The notes below the pieces were generated by a model, which ran no database searches, was not told the DNA's origin, and worked only from the letters and a program-made list of their open reading frames with translations. Source: the human T2T-CHM13v2.0 reference genome, Homo sapiens. Taken from it: 64,000 nt of DNA. The stretch lies in NCBI RefSeq assembly GCF_009914755.1, contig NC_060936.1. One strand, given 5' to 3'. The position numbers and the translations under genes were made by a program. Within the stretch, counting starts at the first letter, position 1. Each line of letters begins with the position of its first letter. Shown here piece after piece: positions 47,850-64,000 of this stretch.

Positions 47850-48452
47850 CTTGTGATGAGACCTTGTCTGTAATGAAGAAAACTTCAGAATTCCTATAAG
47901 TCAGTTGCCAAAAGGCTAGAAGCATCATTGATTTCCTGTTAGCAAACATCCATAACAAAGACTAAGTCCTTGCTTTACCCCAGACCAAAACAGAACATCA
48001 ACTCTATGGAAACCAGCAGAAGAATTTCATAAGAACCAAGGAGCTGACTGACAGCCACCTGACTGGCAGCCACCATTACCAGGTTAAAACTATGTCTGAT
48101 GATGTTTCTTGACAGCTCTGCGTTCCAAGAATGAGCACATGGCTTCATTACAATCAAGGGGCAACTTAAAGAACAGGTGAGGGATTCTTTCTAAGTATCT
48201 TTCTAGGCTAATGGATATTTTATCAAACCTGTCTTATTTCCCTAAATTCTAAACATGCTACTGAGAGAAAAGGCTCTAAAATTATTAACCCATGTACAGA
48301 CTATTTTGTTTTTGTCATTTCTCTTATAGAAGAACATATATTACTAAAAAAAGTCAGCTTCGTATTGTCTTTTATATTTTGTAAAATGTGGCTCTTTCCT
48401 GAGTTTCAACAATGACTGGTTGAATAGAGATGAGTCATTTTAAGAAACTACA

Positions 48453-48598
48453 GGCGGGGTGTGGTGGCTCATGCCTGTAATCCCAGACTTTGGGAGAACA
48501 AGGAGGGTGGATCACAAGGTCAGGAGTTCGATACCAGTCTGGCCAATATGGTAAAACCCCATCTCTACTAAAAATACAAAATTAGCTGGGTGTGGTGG
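48453..48598 (+). mobile_element. 3'-truncated, tail-less Alu with a 9-bp TSD
   Basis: gaaactaca at 48444-48452 and 48599-48607. Confidence 0.85.
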
Positions 48599-48829
48599 GA
48601 AACTACAACCAGATCCTTTCATGCATCAAAGAAAAACCCAAAATAAGTTCTAAACTTCAGCTTTAAAAAGTTAGGCTAGAAGAATCATTTCCTGTCCTCA
48701 TAGAATCCACTTGCTTGCTGAAAATATTATAGAAATAGAACTTTATTAATGTGAAGGGTAATTTTAATCTCATCAGTTAACATTTGCCAAAATGGAATAT
48801 GTGCTCGACAGGATTAATAATAGTGGTTT

Positions 48830-50713
<1,884 letters not shown>

Positions 50714-51292
50714 CTATTTCATTATATAAAGATTTATTCAATCACATTGTGTGGATGATATCACAGATGCGAACAGTATTAGGAAGCAAAAAGCAATCCC
50801 TTCACCTTTCTTAATACTCAAATAATTTTTTTTTAATTTGCCAAAATGAAATCTAGTAAGTCAAAGGGATCTTATTTCTAAGGACTCTTGGATTATAAAC
50901 AGAATTTCTAGCGGGGTGATAACTGGGGAGAGTCACTTGGCTCAGTCACTGACCTTCCTTTATCCTTAAATTGAGAGTGGCAATTTCATGACCCTGAATA
51001 GTATAAAAAATATGTCCCTCAAACGTATAAGCACCATATGAAGCTAATAGCCTTTGAAGGTCTATATTTACTGTGTCATAGATAAGCTCAACTACAATTC
51101 GATTTGATTAAAAAATCAGTACAGTGATACTCTAATCCAAAAAATATCAAATGATTGCTAAAAATAAAGGGGATATTGTAAATGGCATAAATTGCATCAA
51201 AATGGGAATGAACACTAAATAATTACAGCTATATATGTTCTAAAAACTAATGACAAAAGAAAGCTGAAAAATCCCCAGTAACTTCTCATTAG

Positions 51293-51550
<258 letters not shown>

Positions 51551-52888
51551 TAGGCTGGTCTCAAACTCCTGGGCTCAAGTGATCCTCCCACCTCGGCCTC
51601 CCAAAGTGCTGGGAGGCATGAGCCACCAGGTCAGGCCCCTTTCCTTTTCTTAACCAAGAAGGTAACATACAAAAACTGCCATGATATATTCAAACACTTA
51701 TGGATAGGGCTAGCTACCAAAAAGTTTAAGGTTCTTCTGAACTTTTAGGCTTCCTGATTAAAAAGAATTATAAAAAGTTCCTTCAACCTTTCTGAGCTAG
51801 GGGTTTAGGCACTATAAGTCTCTAAATGTTTACTCTCTGTTTTTGTACTTATCTTGTCATTACATTAACAGACAGTTCGTGGTATGTGGACCATACTTTG
51901 AGAGGCATTGTTCTGTACGGAACATACTTTATTTTCCAGAGTAATTTAAAAAGCCTCCAAGTTCACAGTAATGACCAAAATAGACCAAAGGAACTCAGTG
52001 TTTTCTGAAAAAAAGCAGGACTAAATGATTTCAAGATCCTTTTCAGCCCCACAAGTTCTATGATCCTAAAGCTAAAGATGTGATTTGACTGGTAAGTAAA
52101 ACGCTCATTGCCTAATGATAGGCATTTCTGTCACACCAACAGAGTAGCTAAAAGAGGAAAAGTCATAATAAAAAAAAAGTGGGGGTTGGGGGGAATAAGC
52201 TCAGAGAAGAGAAAGAATTTAACTGTGAAGTAGACACGGACAGTGAGGAGATGTAGCTCAGTAAGACAGATAAAACGCCAATAGGCTGAACAACATGGTG
52301 AAACCCCATCTGCCCAGCTACTGGGTGGGGGGCTAAGGTGGGAAGATAGCTTGAGTCTGGGAGGTTGAGGTTGCAGTGAGCTGTGATGATAAGGAGGGTG
52401 GGAGGAAGGATAGAGAAAACAAACAAACAAACTACTAAAGCAGTTACTTCCACTCAGGGTAGGAGATGCAGTTCTCACAAATTAGCCTCTGAAAATTGGC
52501 CATTTTAATAATTAAGCCTAAGTCATGAAAGAAAGGTTAAATTATCTTTAAGAACCTTGTTTACCAAAGCAAAGAAGTATGTAATACATAAAAGACTTAT
52601 ATCACAAAGATTACATAGCATTCAAAAAAGACTCCTAGATTCATTATTTCAGAATCTTTATTATACAGTATTAGTTTTATGTTACTTACAAAATGCTAAT
52701 GTATGGTATGAATGGCATTAATCCAATTCTAGGCTTCTAGTAGGAGCTCAATAAACTGCTACTACCATGTATTTTATTCTTTAACTGCAGAAGCCTCCAT
52801 GTTCTCATATCTAAAAGATAATTCTGGCCAGGCCCAGTGGCTCATGCCTGTCATCCCAGCACTTTGGGAAGCCGAGGCAGGCGGATCA

Positions 52889-53128
<240 letters not shown>

Positions 53129-53759
53129 CTATTGTATCTATCCCACAAGTTTATTTTTAGAGGAATAAAATAATGTGGTCAGTTAAAATATGATTCATCC
53201 ATAAAATAAAATATTATAACCTACTAAAAAGTATTAAGAGCTGGGTACAGTGGCACACACCTGAAATCCCAGCTATTCAGGAGCCCGAAGCAGGGGGATC
53301 ACTTCAGCCCAGGAGTTCAAGACCAGCTTGAACAACATAGCAAAACCTCATTTCAAAAAGAAAAAAAATCAAAAAAAGCATTATGTAAATTTTATGTTAT
53401 GAATATGAAAAATATCCTTACACATATTGTTTAGTATAAGGTACAAATAGCATATATAGTATGATCTCAATGACAGAATATTATTCAGGGGTAGTAATAA
53501 ATGTGCCTATCTGTCTATGACCATAGACAGATTATGATCAAAGAAAGGAGGATTAAACTAACATTTCGAATCATAATTGACGACACCAAAAAGATTCATT
53601 CAAAACATGTATCAAGAAAATTTAGAGGAGATACTGTTTCTCAGTTGTAAATAATGCCAGAAAAACTCATAAGGCTACAAGAGACAGAGATCCAAAGCTA
53701 CATTTGCTAAAAAGAAATTTGTGTCACTGTCAACATAGTAAGAAAGACGCTTACTCTCA

Positions 53760-54100
<341 letters not shown>

Positions 54101-54104
54101 GAAC

Positions 54105-54845
54105 TGCCACTCAGGTGTGGACCTGGGCCCTCAGCATCATCAGCATTACCTGGGACCTAGTTAGAAATGGAGAATCTTCTCTACCATGTGAATCATGCTT
54201 TTTTTTTTTTAAAGGAATAATATAAACGAACAAAAAAGAAATGCCAAAAAAAAATTGCAAACTCTCAGGACCACCCCCCTCCCCAGCAACCACTACATCA
54301 GACTCTATGTCTACATATTACTTTATTATGTATTTTATTTTTGAGACGGAGTCTCACTCTGTCGCCCACACTGGAGTGCAGGGGAGTGATCTCAGCTCAT
54401 TGCAACCTCTGCCTCCCGGATTCAAATGATTCTTGTGCTTCAGCTTCTGAGTAGCTGGGATTACAGGTGCCTGCCACCATGTCCAGCTACTTTTTATATT
54501 TTTAGTAGAGATGGGGTTTCACCATTTTGGCCAGGCTGGTCTTCAACTTCTGGCCTCCAGTAATCCACTCACCTTGGCCTCCCAAAGTGCTGGGATTACA
54601 GGCGTGAGCCACCGCGCCTGGCCTACATTTTTTTTTTTTAATAGACAAGATCTCTGTCGTCAGGCTGAGTGCAGCAGCATGATGATAGCTCACTGCAAAC
54701 TTGAACTTCTGGGCTCAACTGATCCTCCTGCCTCAGCTTCCCAAAGTGCTGAGACTACAGGCATAAGCTACCACGCCCAGCCTTACTCTACATTTTAACA
54801 AAACCTCCAGGTGGTACGCACATTAAAGTTTAAGAAGAGCTGCTA
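54105..54845. mobile_element. MER5A fragment interrupted by minus-strand Alus (54330-54623, 54628-54782)
   Basis: cagcatcatcagcattacctgggacctagttagaaatg...attttaacaaaacctccaggtg...cacattaaagtttaagaagagctg. Confidence 0.7.
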
Positions 54846-55080
54846 CAAAGCCCAAAGAGAATTAAGAGGGAGGAATACGCACAGGTGCAACAATGGACTT
54901 TTCCCAATTGATGCAACAGAGATATCTTCTGGTTTGGATGACAATCACATGGACAAGAAGTTACAATGATCTTTCCACCACTGTCTAGAAAGTATTTTTC
55001 TTGGTAACTAGAAGAAAGCTAGAGTATTTCTAGAAAGTATCTAGGTATAGGTTTAAACACATAAAAGTAGCAAAAGAGTC

Positions 55081-55250
55081 AGGGGCAGTAGCATGCACCT
55101 ATAGTCCCAGCTACTTGGGAGGCTGGGGCAGGAGGATCGCTTGAGGCCAGGAGTCTGGGGCTGCAGTGTGCAATGATTGTACCTGTGAATAGCCACTGCA
55201 CTCTAGCCTGGGCAACAGAGTGAGACCCTGTCTCTAAGTAAATAAATGAA
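55081..55250 (+). mobile_element. FAM (fossil Alu monomer)
   Basis: Monomer containing the 7SL-derived cctgtgaatagccactgcactc segment. Confidence 0.8.
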
Positions 55251-55542
55251 TAAAATGTATAAAGTAGCAAAATACTATTCTTACCATTCACAAATTTTTC
55301 CATCATCAAAGAAGTTATATATCAAAAGGGTTTCCATTGGAAGCATCCATCATCCCAAGAATAAAGTTTTCCTTGAGGGGCAGTTCTCAAGAACTAAGTA
55401 CCTTGATCTTATATCTCTAACAAAGTGAAAAAATAAAACAGAAATATAGAGAAAGGAAAGTATTAAAATATATACCAGAAAATGTATCATTAAGATGCAC
55501 TTTTGCAAAAATGTTTTAAATTCAATCTAGGGAAATAAATTA

Positions 55543-55934
<392 letters not shown>

Positions 55935-58599
55935 CTACATTAATAAAGACAAGGATCTAATTTTTTCCAGCTTTTAAAAACCTGAAAGATAATGTCTGTT
56001 CATCCGCGACAATACACGATTTTAGAATGGAACACACCAACAAAAACTTGAGGGACCCAATACTTGAATTATAACAGGTATTTTAACCACAAAGCTCTTC
56101 TCCCATCCATATTTTCTTCATTATTATATGTCATATGTCAGTTGCTATTCTGGGTGTGTTACCCCATTTATCTCATTTAGTCTTCTTATTTACCCTTTTT
56201 TTTCAGACAGAGTCTCACTCTGTCGCCCAGGCTTGAGTGCAGTGGTGCAATCACAGCCTCAACCTCTAGGCTCAAGCGATCCTCCCACCTCAGCCTCCCA
56301 AGTAGCTGGGACTACAGGTGCATGACACCACACCTGGCTAATTTTCTAATTTTATTTTTGTAGAGATAGGGTCTCACTACATTGCCCAGGCTTGCTTTGC
56401 ATTCCTGGGGTCAAGCAATCCTCCCACCTCAGCCTCCCAAATGCTAAGATTACAGGTGTGAGTCAACATACCCGGCCCTTATTTACCCTTGAAGGGGGGC
56501 ATTTTATAACCAAGAAATTGAAATTCTGATAGGTGGTAGAACTGAACTAACAGCTGGCGAGATGTGTCAATGCCAAAGCCTACAGTCTTAACCACTAGGC
56601 TCACTCTGTGTTCATAAGGATCCCCTGAAGGACCCTGCATTTTAAAGTCCCAGGTTATTTGTCACTGACTCCATATACCATCCTCCTTTAAATCCCACAG
56701 GGCACAATATTCTGTATGGCCCTGAATGTTAACGTGTATTCCAAAAACAACAAAAAACTCTACAATATAGTACTTTACATACATTTAAAAACCAGTCATG
56801 TGCAAGATATATACTTATTTTTTGTGTAAGTACCTGCTTAACTCCAGAAGCAGGAAGAAGGACATTGAAGCACCAAATAGAACTACTTGGAGAAAGATGA
56901 AATAAACCGGTAGGATCAGAATTTGGGAGCACTCTTCTAGTTAACACTATAGGTTCCCAATTACAATGTATGTAGGAATTGTCAAACAGACTTGCAACCA
57001 GAGGGCCTTTGAATTCATTACAAGTCCTCTGTCTCTATTGCTGTGATACTTAAGTATCTATCTGTACTCAATGGGACTGTGCTTATGTACACAACTGTAT
57101 ATATCTGTTTGAAAAGATTTCCGTTTCAGTTGTTTCAAAGCTGTCCCCATTGATCTGCTAACAGAGCTGAAGCTGCCCTGGGTGATATCCTTGCTTTTTG
57201 TTTTCTTTTGTTTTTCTAACATGTTAAGTTTCTAAGTACTTCATACTTTAATATTCTCAAAAATACCACCTTCATCACCTGGTGGACTATTGCCTTATGG
57301 AAGTCAATATTCTCCAGAGTGAACAGTAAGGGCTCTGTGGAAGCCAACCTGCAGGCCTCCTCTATGGGAACACAAGGAAGCTATGGAGACTGCAGTGGAG
57401 TGATGGGAGGGAGGGGAGCACATCAGGAGACCAGGTCAGAGAGGAATCTGCCTACGCATCACTCATACGTGCACTCACTACCTCTGGGGAGCATCTAAGT
57501 AACTACTAATACTGGCTGCTGCTGGGAAGTTGGTGGTGGTGGAGGCAGGTGGGGAGCGTTATGTTAGCAAGGAGACATTTCCCTGTATTCTCTCTTGAAC
57601 TAATTCTAAAATTTTTTTTTTTTTTTGAGATGGGGTCTCATTCTGTCAACCAGGCTGGAGTGCACTGGCAAAATCAGCTCACTGCAGCCTCAAACTTCCA
57701 GGCTCAATCAGTCCTCCTGCCTGAGCCTCTAGAGTAGCAGGGACTACAGGCACACATCACCATGCCCGGCTAATTTTTGTATATTTAGTAGAGACGGGGT
57801 TCCACCATGTTTGCCAGGCTGGTCTCGAATTCCCGACCTCATGTGGTCCAACTGTCTGGGCCTCCCCAAGTACTGGGATTACAGGCATGAGCCACTGCGC
57901 CCAGCCTCCCTTATGCTTTTCTACATCTTCTAAATTTTCAAAAATTCCTCTAACATTTTAATTTTTTTAAATTTTAAGCATTTTGTAATGTTTTAAATAA
58001 ATTATAATCAATAGTTTTATTACGCTAATCAGTAATTAGATTATATTAAATCTTAAAACTTCTGTAACAGTTCCATTCTTTTTTAATTTTTTAAAATTTA
58101 TATATAACATGTAATATGTATTCATGTGTATATAAAATTTATATATGTGTGTATACACACAAGCATACACACACTCTCTCTCTCTCTCTTATATATAAAG
58201 ATGAGGTCTTGTTGTGTTGCCCAGGCTGGTCTCCTGAGCTCAAGCAATCCTCCCATCTCGGCCTCCCAGAGTGCTGGGATTACAGGCATGAGCCACCTTG
58301 TCCGGCCCAGTTTTCAAGGTACTGCTACTCAATAAAAGTGGCTTAATGGACATAGAATAGGTTTACTAAAAACCTAAAAATGTGCAAAATAAATAGAATA
58401 GTGCTCAAGTTCACTACTTGATCATAGAACAACTAAGTTAAGCAAAAAATTCATTCAAAGTCATTAATATTTTTAGAACGATGATCAAAGCAACATATTT
58501 TCAATTAACTCCATCTAACTAGCTATTTTCAGAAATCTCTCTGGAATTCATTATTCTCTACATAAAATGCACTATGCTCTATACAAAAATCAAAGGTCA

Positions 58600-62758
<4,159 letters not shown>

Positions 62759-64000
62759 TCATAGAGATAGAAGGTCCAGATTTTCTACTCTGCCCCATAA
62801 ATAGCTACATCTATTGTATTAGACTTTACACAGTAGAAATCATAACACAAACTACAGAGCACAAAGCAAATATAGTAAACATTGAAAAGATCCATTACAA
62901 ATACAAACTGAATGTTAATATTTTGTTAGTATAAAACCACTACTTGAATGCCGAATCTGTAGTTATTAGCATTACTAAACCTACAATTTGCATAAAATAC
63001 TTTGCAAATTATGCATCTTATTGTTAATCTAAAATTGCTACACACTGTGCTCTGACCTAGTAATTCAGCCAACTGCAGGTTTTAGTAAAAGCGCTAGGGA
63101 TCCAAATGTGTCCACTCCAAAGTGTCCCATCATGGAACATTAATTATTCACCAAATGTGCTTAATAGCACTTTCTAAACTACAAGCTCCATGCAAATATT
63201 CAACATTATTGGGAGAGGATTCATACAGCACTATTAAAATCCCTCGAAATTATAAAGTAGTAACAGTAATAAGTCACAGAAACACTTTAAAAATCACTAC
63301 AAATTTATAATTTACCAAACTATCAAACAGATAACACTTTAAATACTGAAAATTATTTCGCTTCCTATAAATTGATATTATCTTTAAATAGTAGATTATC
63401 TTTAAAATAGCAGATTTAAAGAAACAGCAGAAGACAATTATAGTATATCCACAAATTACTATGCAGACATTAAAAATTATATCTTTAAATCTTATTCAAA
63501 ATGTTCCCAGTAAGTAATCACAGGATCCAAAACTGCAAATAGCATATAATCCCAATTTTATCTATATAAAAATATGAGCTGAAGAAGCAAATAATAAAAA
63601 ATTAATTTCGTTCTGGTGGAATGGTGTAATCCCAGGGTATTTATTGTCTCTCTTATACTTTTAGATGTTTTCTCTATTTTCAACAACATCCCTGTATTAT
63701 TTACTTATAATCAAAAAGGTTTTACATAGCATAAAAATACAATCCACTTAATATAGGTATTTTTCACATAGGTAAAAAAAATGTGGAATCACTCATGTTA
63801 TTAGCATGTAAGAGAGAAAATTTTCAGGGGCTCTAAGTCCAAATAATCTCCCTCACAACTGCTGTGCATTCTGAGCACACTTCGGGAGCCAATGCTTCTC
63901 TTCCCGGTATGTGCAGCTCCCTCGCTCTCCTGGTCTCTGGCACTATCCACAAACCATCACGGAGTAAGGAGTCATTGTTTCCCTCCTGCCTATATATAGA

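Noticed and set aside
52273-52284. 12-mer aaacgccaatag shared with 10245-10256
   Set aside because: No extension on either side; a 12-mer match is expected by chance in 64 kb.
54985-55040. Repeated tctagaaagtat, and the short tandem at 63377-63410
   Set aside because: Ordinary short slippage duplications with no further structure.

Overview
Primate (very likely human) genomic DNA covering the 5' part of HECTD4 (C12orf51, a giant HECT E3 ligase) on the minus strand. Six coding exons (14650-14133, 9454-9365, 8055-7925, 4577-4469, 3799-3661, 1142-972) have GT-AG ends and splice into one open frame, ILTFETKNPSELAERLR...HSVFMDIFELV. Exon numbers 2-7 are from memory of the protein. Positions 14651-64000 are a large, Alu-dense upstream intron (about 70 Alu copies or fragments in the window by manual count) that also holds L1, L2, L3, MIR, MaLR LTRs and MER DNA transposons. 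Almost all ORFs in the supplied track are Alu or simple-repeat artefacts. There is no prokaryotic-type system. The most interesting observations are: (1) a composite insertion at ~47.0-47.85 kb stitched from two other parts of this intron; (2) a 50-bp templated insertion flanked by a perfect 14-bp duplication at ~37 kb; (3) nested sense-strand MaLR LTRs offering in-frame ATGs and phase-0 donors to exon 2; (4) a candidate poison exon at 10242-10111; (5) an old DNAJC2 retrocopy interrupted by three Alu monomers; (6) possible stop-free circRNAs from exons 2-6 or 2-7. Repeat family names are by visual recognition and repeat boundaries are approximate.
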